From Peribolospora baueri (taxonomy: Eukaryota): a stretch of DNA of 64,000 nt. Within the stretch, counting starts at the first letter, position 1; every line of letters starts with the position of its first letter. Positions 37,494 through 49,150 of the stretch are shown piece after piece. Location: the NCBI GenBank assembly GCA_029717555.1, contig JAMDHS010000006.1:186001-250000 (forward strand), written 5' to 3'. Below the pieces are notes generated by a model. It was not told the origin of the DNA and ran no database searches. It saw only the letters and a program-made list of their open reading frames with translations. The position numbers and the translations under genes were made by a program.

Positions 37494-39142
37494 TCAGTAG
37501 TACTCGATCTCCAGCTGCAAACGTCGCGCGGTCCGAAAAAAAAAAGCGGAAACGAAGAGCGGAACACGAGTCAGCACCGCCGGCGGTGCGACGGACAAAC
37601 GCGCGCAAACGGCCCATCACGCGGCGGGAGGAGGTAAAACTCACGAAGAGCAGGGCGACTCTTCGCGGGGAGAGGATGTTCAAGCCGGCCGGATTGAAGA
37701 ACTGTTTGTTGACCCTGTCGATGAATTTGGAGAGTTTGGACATCTCCTGTTTGGCCGCATCAGAAAGAGGCGTCAGACGCAGGCGCCCACACCCATGCGC
37801 GTCCGCCGCATCGTGGCCTCGCGGAACCCCAGAACCGCCAGCGGGTACACTCACGCGCTCATAGTGCGAGGGAAACACGAGAGGACTAATATAGAGCGTG
37901 AGCACGCTGAAGGTGTTGTCCAGACATCCCCATCTCGGATCGTGGGCGGAGATAAGGAGGAGATTGATATCGTTGATCGTGTTCGCAAAATCGGTCGGTG
38001 ATATCTAGAGCGGGGACGAGGAGGAGGATAAGAGGTCGCGGAACGAGAGCGGCTACTGCTATGGAAACCACTCACTCTGCCTTCCAGTTCTAATGGAAAA
38101 GCGGGGTGGAACTGGCACAGCTCGCCGCCGGTGTAGTCGCGCTCGACCCTAAGTGGGAGACGAAACGGGAGAGGACGCGCAAGTCAAAAACTCGTCGTCG
38201 AAGGCTGGCGTTGGTGAGAGGCATCTCCACCGCAAAAGCGCACCTGATAATTTCTCTCGGCTTGTCCCTCCCAATCACTCCCCTCGGTGCCGTCCCGTAT
38301 GCGGTAACCCGATTAGGCGGACCGAAGTAGTACGAACTCCTAGGGCCCGTCGTCGACCGTCCGTTCATAGTGTTGCCCCGATTCCGCACCGTCCCGACGG
38401 CGGGTACGTCTGTGAGCACGGGCGGCTCGGAGGGGGATTGGAGATGCTGGTCAGAGGCGGCATGCGACGGGCTCGTTGGAGAAGCGTACGGCTGCGATGA
38501 AGGCATTTGCGGGGTGACGTCGAGAGGACCGACGGCGGGGCGGTTGCTGGCGTCGTTGACAAGCTCGGCCATCTGATAAGCCTGGTCCGACTGTTGTTGT
38601 CGTCGGCGATGGTGGCTAGAAGCCGTCGAGACTTGCGTATCGGCGCGAGGGCGGCCACCGAGAGGCGAGATTGGAGCTGGAGCTGGAGCTGGAGCTGGGG
38701 CTGGAGCTGGGGCTGGAGCTGGAGCTGCGCCTCCGGCGGGCGTGGACCCGGCCTCTTTGGTTGGCGACCCTGCGGTGGTGGGAGAGGGCGCGGTTGGAGC
38801 GACACCCGTCGCCGTCGCCGTCGCCGCGGAGCTGCTGCCCGCTTTCGCATTGTCTAGCCGGCTGTCGTCCGTGCGCCGACCGGCGTCCCCTGCGTCGTCC
38901 TTGGGCGCAGCGACGCCGGACACGGCTGAGCCGGGCATGCTGTTCAGCCGCTGCCTGATGCGCTCCTCATGCTCCGCCTGCTCCTTGGCTGCGCGAGCTC
39001 TCTGCTCCTTCAGTTCTGCTAGGCGGCGTGATGCGTCGGACGGTCTGCGGGATAGCGGGTTGGGCGGGGCATGAGTGGAGAGGGGGGCGGCGGAGGGGCT
39101 GTGAGGCGATGTCGGGAAGGTCGAGGAGGGAGACGAGACCAT
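37494..39142 (-). CDS. ERF4: ERF4/Golgin A7 family (Ras palmitoyltransferase accessory subunit), multi-exon
   Basis: SSYYFGPP..GVIGRDKPREIIRVERDYTGGELCQFHPAFPLELEGR, NDINLLLISAHDP, FNPAGLNILSPRRVALLFLEIEYY*. Confidence 0.82.
38672..38727 (-). repeat. Coding hexanucleotide repeat encoding (PA)n in the ERF4 N-terminus
   Basis: (tggagc/tggggc)n encodes APAPAPAPAPAPAPAPAP. Confidence 0.9.
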
Positions 39143-39508
39143 GATAGCCGATGGGGGATGGTGGATGGCGGATGGCGTGTGGTCTGCGATCTGGCCGGCG
39201 ATGGAGATGGAGATGGCGACGGCGACGGCGGCCCTGACAAGCTGCTTTGGTGCGGTGCAAGGCTTCTTTCTCTTATCCGACGAGTGGCTCCCCTTCGCCT
39301 TCGCAGCCTCCTAATAACCGCCGTCCCCCTCGCACAACAGTCAGATGGAGGTGTGACCGTGTCGGTCGGAGTTAACGCCCATCCTCCGTCTACAACCGTC
39401 GCCGCAGCCAAACCGGAAGAACGAGAACGATGCTGCTGCTTGCTCGCTCGCTTCCTTGCTCGCCTAGCTTTGTGCTCTTTCCTTCTTTCCATCTCCCCTC
39501 GCCCGGAT

Positions 39509-41246
39509 ATGGCCTCCCTCGCACAATCCACACGCGCCCTCGGCCGCCTCGCAAGGTCCCACAGCCGCTCCTTTGCTTCTGTAGTCTCTGCCTCGTCGGA
39601 GGCTTCCAGCGCGGTCGGCGGCAGCACGTCCCGAAAATGGACCCGACCAATCCCGCCAGGCGTCGAAGCTGCTTACGACGAGGCTCTCGCGCTCATTGCC
39701 CGTGACCAGCAGGCGAAGCGAGCACAGCTGGAGGAGCTCAAGAAGAGGCGGGAAAGCGAAAAGGCGGTCCAGGACGCGGACGTTTCACGACAGATCGCCA
39801 AGTTGGAGATCGCTGCGGAAATCAATGATCCTGAGGTCCGGTGGAATTTCGAGAACGGTATCGGTGAGTTTAAGGGAGTCTTTTTTTTGCAAGATTTCCT
39901 TGTCCGCTCAGAAGTAGTGATGCACATTGACCCTCTGCCCCCTGTCGCTGTTCTCTTTCGTTTACGTCTCGCTTGCGACAGCCGACCTGTCCAAGCCGGT
40001 GTACCGATACCTTCGCGAGCAGGCTTGGCGGAAACGAGGGCCTTTGGACAAGCTGGTGAGTGCTTGACTTTGCATGTTCTTGTTTGGCCAAGCTATGGAG
40101 AGACTGGAAGTGGAGGACTCTGCTTGTGAACGTGGTCGTCGCCGCTTCTGTCTTACCTTCTCATTCCTGTCACCCCCAGATCGAGCGCATATCCCTCATG
40201 AAGGTCGTCCCAGACGTCATCCCGTCGGCGGCTCCCACCGTCGACCTGCAAGTCTCCTACGGCGAGGGATCTGGCTTTGGCGATCACGGCGGAGAGGGCG
40301 GGGAGGTTCTTGCTGGCGTCTTCTTGTCTCCGGCCTCGGTGAGTAATTTTTTGTATGTCCTACCCGGCTCGCATGAGGACCACCCATGCACATACGGCGT
40401 TTCCCGCTGATGCCGCCTGTTTGTCGTTCACCGGTGCCGCTCGTTCGGGTGCGGTAGACCATGTCACCACCAACCCTGTCCATGACCCCTTTCCACACCG
40501 ACGAGCGTCTCTACACACTCGTCATGGTGGACCCTGACGTGCCGGACGAGACGCGTATGAGCTTCAAGACTGTCTGTCATTGGCTCGTGTATGTTCCAGT
40601 TCCGATACTCATTCTATCCATTTTCCCGTGATTATCATCGCATATTCACCAGAGGCATCTTTCCCCACTTCCTTCCCATTCTCTCCTTACGTCCATGTAG
40701 CACCGACATTCCCCTCTCCGCCACGCGCACGGCCCTTGACCCCTCTGCCTCCCGCACCCTCCTTTCTTACCTCTCTCCCCACCCACAAGAAGGGACCCCT
40801 TACCACCGCTACACTTTCGTCCTCCTCGCCCAGCCGGGCCCTTCCTCGTCTGCAAGCACAGGCGGCACGACGGACGAAGGCCAGGTGGCGCGCGACCGAT
40901 TCGACGTGCGCTCGTTCGCCAAGGAACGCGGGCTCGAGGTCGCTGGCGTCCACTTCTTCAGGGAGGTTTGGAGCGAGGAGGCAAAGGATGTCGTTAGCTC
41001 GCTGTATCGAGATGTTCTCGGTGAGTTTTGTCTTTCCATCACCTCGTCTATGTCTTTTTTTCGCCGCCGTCATCGCCATCGGTCTCCGATCGGTTGGGAT
41101 AGCGCCCTCATCGGATTTCATCCCGCCTCGTGCCCTCTTCCGTCTCACAACACTGAACAGGCCAACCCGAACCGAGGTACGGCAAACCGCCCAAGATAGA
41201 CAGGTACCGGTGGCAGACGGGCGAGAAAGAGAGTCGATACTTTTGA
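39509..41246 (+). CDS. MRPL35: Mitochondrial large-subunit ribosomal protein mL38 (PEBP domain), multi-exon
   Basis: Presequence-like N-terminus, EINDPEVRWNFENG.DLSKPVYRYL, MKVVPDVIP, YTLVMVDPDVPD, PHPQEGTPYHRYTF. Confidence 0.9.
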
Positions 41247-41435
41247 GGCGGGAGTCAGGAAAGGGGGGGTTCGATTTCGTGAACCGCGTGTCACCTCTAT
41301 AGAAGAAACAAAGCCCTCTTTTCCCCCTGCTCTGTCGACGTCGAGCACGTGCAGACTACTCGGTCGGGTCGAGCGCATAGATAGCTAGCTCGTGGACTTG
41401 TTGGTGTGCAAAAAGTGTGAGACGGAGGCGCAAAT

Positions 41436-44400
41436 CTAGAGATCGGCGAAACCGAACTGTCTATCGAACTCGTCGGCGCCCATCTTCCTCTTCTTCACCT
41501 TCCTCGCCATCCTCTCCTCGCGCGCGAGCTCTTCCCAGTCGTCTTCGGTCCCATCATCGCCGCCGTGCGAGTCCTCGTCCCCGTTCCCGTCGCCCTCAGC
41601 CGTCGTCGTCGCCGCCGCCGCCTCCGCTTCCCGACGTTGAGTCTTGAGGAAAACCCTCTTCCTCTCCTTCTTCTCCTTCCTCAAATCCCTCTTCTCCTTT
41701 CTCTCCTTCTGCAACGACCAAGCCTCGTTGGCGGCCGGCGCCTTCTTCTTCTTCGTCTTCTTCTCGTCTTCACCCGTCTTTCTCTCCCCCTCCTTCTCGT
41801 CTTTGGATCCTTCGGCGGCCACGGCGGCCACGGCCGCTGTCCGGTTGGAGAGGCGCTGCTTTTCCCTAGCCTTGTCCTTGTACCCGAACGACCGCCAATC
41901 CATCTCCTCTTCCTCAAAATCCGCACCTTTCCCCGCCTCCGTCCCCACCCCCGGCCCCGCCTCACGCCGTTTCCTCAGCTCAGGCATAGCGGGCAACCGA
42001 AGGAGAGCGAAAGAGCGGGCGAGGCCGAAGAGGTCGAGGGAGGGGAGGCGGAAGATGTAGGACGCCTCGTGCTTGGTGTAGGACCGGATCGAAGAGACGT
42101 AGGCGCGCGTTCCCTGTCAGGTGAGAGCGCGGGTGATTGGCGGACGCAGGGAAGAGATGGGGTGAGACGGGGGGAGACGGACGGGAAGGAAGTCAAGGAA
42201 GGAAAGGTCTCCACATCGCTCGCCTCGCCTCGCTCACCTTCTCATGCAAGTCGAGATCGGTCTTGACCACCTCCCTCATCTCCTTCTCCAAAGCCCTCGC
42301 ATCCTCGTCCTCCACCTCCGGCTCCGTACCAGGCATGGGCACGAGTGGCGGCGCGCCCTGAACAGAATCGGTCGCACTGGGCTTCTTCTTTCGTTTCGGC
42401 GGCGCATTCTTTGACAGGGCCGTGGAAGGGGAGGGAGAGGCGGGGACAAGGAGATAAGGGTACGGTTTGAGGGGGACCTTGCGCAAGCGGAGAAAGTCTG
42501 GCGGAGGAGGGAGCCGAGCGGGAGCGATGACGAGAATACGATTAAAGGATGGATCAAAAGGTGTGTCCCCCGGCCCACCGCGTAATGAGCGCCGTACGCT
42601 TGACGAAGCAGACGGTCCCACTCACCGACGTACTCCACCTCCCTCTCCCCCATTAAGATCACGCATGCTCGCCCGCTCCTGCCCGCCCTAGCCGTGCGCC
42701 CACAGCGGTGGCTGAACACCTTGGGATCCGTGGGTGGGTCGTACTGGATCACGCAGTCCACGTCTGGAAGGTCCAGGCCACGCGCTGCCACGTCCGTGCA
42801 GAGGAGGATGCTCGCTGGCGCCGTCGCGGGCGTCGCCCCTTTATTAGGAGAAGACGACGTTCCGTCTCTGTCCACATCCTCATCTAAGCCCAAACCTGTA
42901 CCCAAGCCAACCGACGAATCCCCTAAACCGGGTAACGAATCCAAAAAGGCTTGGAATGTCGACTGGCGCCTCTGTGGCGACATCTTACCGTGCAAACTAT
43001 GCAAATCCAAGTTGCCAAGACGGGGAAGAGCGGAGAAGACCTTGTAGAAGTAGTCCACCGCGGCGCAGGTGGAGAAGTAGACAATGAACTTGCGGCATGA
43101 GTAGACGTGGGCTTCGTATTGGAAAAGACGGAGAAGGGTGGCCGTCTTGTTTTCGGGTCGGCAGTGAAGGTAGTGGTTTTGGAGGCTGGATAAAAAAAAT
43201 CCGGATAAGGATGGAATCATAAATGGACGCAGTCTTCGACGGGTTTAGACGAATGTATAGACCGGGCGGAGGGCGCTGGCTCACCTCGCCGGTGTTCTCC
43301 GATCGTCCATCGCCGAATCCGCCTTCTCCTTCCCTTTAGCCTTGGCAGACCTCTTGGCCTCCACCTTGACGACGATCCTGACGGGGTTGCGCAAGCCAAC
43401 GCGAACGAGCTCAGAGAGCGCGTCGGTCATGGTAGCGCTAAATAAGCCCGTGCGTCGTTGTTTCGGCAGGAGGGAAATGATGTTACGCAAAGAGGCTGTG
43501 AAGCCGAGGTCCAGGAGACTGGATAGAGGAGGGAAATGGGGCCCCAGAGTCAGGTTCGCTCTCGTTGCAGCTTGACAGAGGAAAAAGAGATGCACCGGTC
43601 GGCCTCGTCCAACACCAACACCTCCAACTCGTTTTTCCTCACGCCCTTTTTCTGAAGAAGCTCCTCTACCCTCCCCGGGGTGCCTATCACGATGTCTGCG
43701 CCCGTTTCGCGGAAGGCAACGTAATCCTGCGCCGGGCTGGTCGCCGTTCCGCCGATGAGAAGCAAGGGCGGAGCGATGCCTCGGGGCGATCGCGCTTCAT
43801 CGCCGTCTTCTTCTTGTGGGGTAGATAAGGGCTCGTCTGGGTCAGCAGTGGTGTTATCGGGATGGGGCTGAGGCTGGGCAGATATGAAGGTGGCGAAGAT
43901 GGAGTGGATCTGCGTGGCCAGTTCTCTGAGTCCAAGCAACGAGCAGGCATTGAGCACGAGAGCGAAAGTCTCTCACCGCACAGGCACCGCTCTGGAACAC
44001 TCACCGAGTCGGAGCAATAACCAGGGCACCGATCTCGTCCTTCTTCAGGGGGGTCTCTCGTCTGATCAGCATCTCCAAAATGGGGATGACGAAGGACAGC
44101 GTCTTTCCCGACCCGGTGACCGCCTTGGTGCGACGGAGTGCAGCCATAAAGTATCTGGTAAGCATAACTTTTCTTTTGTGGAAAAAACATATGAGAAAAT
44201 TTTCCGTTCCTTGGGAAACAGAACGCTCACCTCGACCACGACGTCCTTGTGCTTCATGAACAGAGGGATCGCGCTCGCCTGGACGGGCGTCATCTGCTCG
44301 AAGCCCAGCTCGTCGATCACCTGCGCGCTGGAGAAAAAAAGCACACAAAGCGCCACCACGCCCACAAGTTAAGATCCGATGTTTCTCCGCTTCGCATGCC

Positions 44401-44540
44401 ACTCCCGCTTGCGTGGGGTCGATTTTGAAGTATGACGAAGCGGCACAGGCATGGCGTCCTACTCACATCCACGAAGTGAGGGGAGGGTCGAGCTTGCTCC
44501 ACTTGCCGGCATACGACGGAGCTTGAGCAAGGCGGTCCAT
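41436..44540 (-). CDS. SPB4: ATP-dependent rRNA DEAD-box helicase Spb4/DDX55, multi-exon
   Basis: [83 protein letters not shown], lysine-rich C-terminus. Confidence 0.93.
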
Positions 44541-45146
44541 GCTGGTCCGAAAGGAAGAGCGACTGTTGGATGAGCGCCTCCGTCTTCGTGACCGCCGTTC
44601 GGTCGGCTGTGTCTGTCTGTTGCTAGACCAGCCGGCTCCAGGGAGACGGTCGATCGAGGAGGAGGAGCATCGGGGAAATGCTGCGGCAAACGCTGCGGCG
44701 AAGCTATTGTTACGATCAGGCTGTGATTGTTCTCGGCCGGCTGTCAGTGTGTTCTGCCTTTGTTATTGACGGCCATGCATATCAGCGCTATCGTCAGAAG
44801 AGAAGGAAGGTTATCGTCAGATAAGGGTCAATGACGACGAGTGCTTTCAAGCGAGGAGGGGGAGACGCACGGGCGGCGTACCTATGTGCTCGCCGTGACT
44901 GACCCGGAGACAAACAGTAGCACAATGACGACGGACTGGCTGCAGCTCATGGTGACCATCAATCACCTTTGTGGTGGCCAGCCGTCCATCTTGGCAGCCA
45001 GCGTTTTCTTTGCACCCCCGCTCTCGGCACTCGCTCAAATCCTGTCCCACTTCCTCCAGCCGCGTCCACCCTTTTTTCTCTCCCCCGTCACCTCCCTTTC
45101 GCTCAATTTCGCGTCGTTTTCTTCATCTTTCTTCCCTTCTCCAGAC

Positions 45147-48100
45147 ATGTCGCCCAATCGACTCGTCTCTTCTCTCGTCTCCCTGGCTGCTCTCCTACTC
45201 CATGCTCTCGGTGAGCACTGGCACCATCATAAGCGACGTAGACCACTCTTCGCTTACGCTTGACTTTTCCTGTCGTCTCTGCCTCCACAGCTTCAGCTTC
45301 GGCCACCTCGCCGGCCTCGTGGATCTGCGATCCTTCACAATGTGCCAAGGCCTCTCCCATTTCTGACAGTGAGTACGCTGGCTGCCTCTCTTGCCGTACA
45401 CCGTTTGGAAGGGGGAGTGTTGCACACAGCTGCGTTGGATCGGTCGACAGGCTTAATTTTTGTCTTCTCGCCTCCCCTCGCGTACGTGGGTTGTCATCCT
45501 CAGTCGGTGTCGTTTATACCGTCTCCAACGCACTTAATGGAACCGTCGGAGACACCTCCTTCCTTCTCCTCCCTGGATACTACGATCCCATCGGGGCCCC
45601 CGCCGCCTTACGTCCCTTCTTGAACTCGTCGGCGACGGCAGGAGTGCACACCTCGCCGATCGGCTACGTCCTCTCCGCCGGTAACAATTCATCGGGCGTC
45701 TCTGTATCCATGCAGCCGGGCATACTCGCCTACTCTCAAACGATCTACAGATCTTTCTTTTCCCAAATTTCTGTCCCCGCCAATTCCACCCCCAACCAGC
45801 CCGTCAACGCATCCTGGTCCAAAACGCACTTGGGTCGGCCTTTCAGTTTGAAGCTCAGCGATGGCACGTGGGCTGTTATGCAGGCCCTTGGGGATGCAAG
45901 GACGTCGAGGCTGGTTGTTTGGGACTCGGTGGCTGATACAGCACAATGGGGCATAGGAGTCAGCGATGTCGTTGTGAACGACGTTCAGTCCGGTGAGCCT
46001 CCCTCTTTGCCGCGCTTTTTTCTTTCACTCCTTCACCGACCCGTGTTTACCTTCTGACCGTCGTATGCATCTTCAGGCTCCTGCTCTACGCCTTGCTCGA
46101 GCGGCGGTGTTTGCTCCGCCGCGGGCACATGTGCCTGCGCTCCAGGTTTTACGGGGACGAGCTGTGAGACTTGCTTACCTGGCCATTTCGGACCCAGCTG
46201 TCAGGGTAGGTCCTCAACCACCTTTGAGATACGTTTATGCGAAAGACTGGAACGTCTGCTCACTCTTCAACATGTTCACGATGTCAATGGCAGCTTGTCC
46301 TGCCGGATGTGCAGCGTGCGACGACGGCCCGACGGGAACTGGCGCCTGTTTGTCGTCTACGAGACCCACAGCCCAAACCAGTGAGCTTTGTAACTCCCTT
46401 CTTTCATTCCTCACTGACGTTCACGCTGACGCTCTTCGTCGTCTCGGCAGCCTGTAAATGCCAATACGGCGTGTGCCAATCCGACGGGAGTTGTGCATGT
46501 AATGCCGGGTGGACCAATCCCGCCAATGGCACTCTTTGCTCCAACTGCGCCGCCGGATACTTCCTGGGCACCGACGGCAACTGTCAAGGTGGGGTGACCC
46601 TGTTTTTTGGCTTCCCGTTGGCTACGTCGGCGGTCAAGGACGATCGAAATTTACATGTCTGTTCGTTCATCACCCGTCGCCGACAGCTTGCGCGCTCGGC
46701 TGCGGTTCTTGCGCCACCGGCACCGGGCACTGTACGACCTGCGTTTCTGGTTTTGAGATCAACACGGACGATCCGTCTAAATGCTCTCCGACCCCTCAAA
46801 AGACGGACCCCAATTCTGCGGCGCTCTCTCCCTGCCCTGACGGAACGTACTGGTCCGGACAGTCATGCGTCGCTTGCGATGGAAGCTGTTCGACCTGCTT
46901 CGGTGCTGGGCCGAACGCTTGTCTGCGTTGCCCTTCACCTCGTTTGTCGTTGCAAGGTACATGTGTCGACGTGGATGCTGCCACTGGAGTCTGCACTTCC
47001 CCCTCTGGAAGCCCGACCAATGCCAACTGGGTGGTCAACAACGCGAAAGGCCTCTGCGACTCCTGTCCCGCCAATTCCACCGGCTGTCAGATCCCCAACT
47101 TTGGTCCAGCATCCAATGCCTCCCAAGTGGTCAGCACGGGCTGTCTGGCCGGCAACTTGCTCACGAACGGTGGGCAATGCGTGCTCACTTGTCCAGGAGG
47201 TTCCTTTGCCAACAACTCTACTTGTACAGGTGAGCCTTCGGCGATCGTCCACACTCGCGGGACGAGTGAGTACCAGAGGCGGAACGAATGGCTGAAAGCT
47301 ATGTCGTTCTTCCCAAATGACGCTCGTGTAGCCTGCGATCCTTCCTGTTCAACCTGCGCCGGCAGTGGGACCAACTGCCTCTCCTGCTCTTCGCCTTCGT
47401 CGTTGGCCCTACCGGGCGGGACGTGTACGACCACTTCCACCTGCCCATCCGGTTTCTTCGTCTCGAACAGGACCTGTCTTCCTTGCTCTACGGACTGCAC
47501 GGAATGTGCCGGCGCCGGCTTCGATCAGTGCACGAGCTGTCCTAGTGAGAGACCCATACATGGCGCTCAGGGATCGAAGGTGGGAAGGTGTCTGGTGACG
47601 TGCGGAAAGACGGAATACTTCGAGTGGGTGCCATTCTTTTGAAGGGAGTCTCACAGAACGGCGTTGCGTTAGGGAGGTTTGGTGCTTACTCGCGAGCAAC
47701 CTGTTCCCCTTTCTTGCAGCGCTACGAGCTCGTCGTGCAAACCCTGCTCCGCCTCCTGCGCGACTTGCCGGGACGCCGGCCCAAACGACTGCCTCTCCTG
47801 TCCTTTGCCGCAACAACTATCCAACGGCGGCTGCGTCCAGGCACATTGCAGCAGCACAAATGGCAACGTCGAGCCGGGCTTCGGCGTCTGCTTCAGTGCT
47901 TTGGGTTCCATCAAGGGTACCGGGTCCGCTGCGCTCAAGTGGTGGCAAATCCTTTTGATCGTGCTCCCGTCCATCCTTGTACCCGCTGGTGCTGTCGTGG
48001 CCGCGTGGAGATATCTCGTGAGCGGGTTTCTTCCTGCTTTCGGTCTCATGTCATTACCCATGTACCCATCCTGCGTTGCCCAGGTTTATCATTCTACCAA

Positions 48101-48667
48101 CTCACACCACCCACTTTCTTTCCATTCCCTCATGATCATTGCCTCCTTCAGACCTTCTGCAAACGCCAAGCCCGGACCAAAGAGTTTGGGGCACAACTAG
48201 ATGACAGGGAGGTGGGGCTCAAGCTGGACCTTCTCACTTTTGGCAGTAGCAGTGACGGAGGCGGAGGTGGTCGTACCAGCAGTGGTCGTGGGGACGAAAG
48301 TAGAGGCGAGGACAAAAGAGGGATATGGCGAAAGCACAGCGTGACCACAGAAGTCGATAGCAAGTCCAGTGCTATGGACGGGCTGGATCCTATCCCCACG
48401 GTCATTAGGAGCGTGGAAGACCTTGCCTTCCCAGACATGAAGCGCCCAGCTCCCGACCTCGTGCTCGAGCACGAACGACGACGACCTTGGACCCCCGGAG
48501 AGGTGGTCGAAGGCCGTCCGCTTCGCGTCAGGCGTACGTCTTCCTCATCCTCCGTACACCTCCGCCTGGCGGCGGAAGCCGCCGCCGCACCGGCTCAATG
48601 GTCCTCCCCGCCGGCCTACTTCTCCGACGGGGAAAAGAATCCGAACTGGTCCTTGACGTCCAAATAG
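45147..48667 (+). CDS. Cys-rich (furin-like/EGF-like repeat) single-pass type I membrane protein, multi-exon
   Basis: Signal peptide, many CxxC repeats ([38 protein letters not shown]), transmembrane segment [23 protein letters not shown], and a cytoplasmic tail with PPAY. Confidence 0.8.
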
Positions 48668-49150
48668 CGTTCCGGCCGTTTCTCTCACGACAATTCGAAC
48701 TTCCACTTGGGCTTCTGCTTCGATGACCGTGCCCGAATCCGGAGCGGACACAACCAAGGACCAGGCGGCGCCGTCGCATCCGGCCTTAGGCCAAGCCGAC
48801 CGATATCCGACCTTTCATGTTTCTCCCAGTCCCACGATTCGAATGGAACTCCCCATGTTGCAGAGCATCCTTCTAGTTGATCCTTAACGTCTTTCTCCTA
48901 CCACTGTCCGCTCGACATTCTCGGTTTCTTTCTGGTGTTTTGTGGCTGCTACGCGTCTATAAAACTGTAACCCTTCTGCACCGGTAAAAAACCGTCGTCT
49001 TTACTAGTGAAGGCGCCCAGCGCGTAGCGAGTTTTTTACATCGACCAAGCTGGCCGGAAAACCGAATGCGCATGGCATGGACTAAGCGACAAAGCGATCA
49101 TGGAGAGGCTGACAGCAGAGAGGAATGATTGTCCATGAATCTCCTATCTA

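Noticed and set aside
41255..41300. GGTTCGATT resembling a tRNA T-loop or B-box
   Set aside because: No cloverleaf or A-box can be built, and it lies in 3'UTR sequence.
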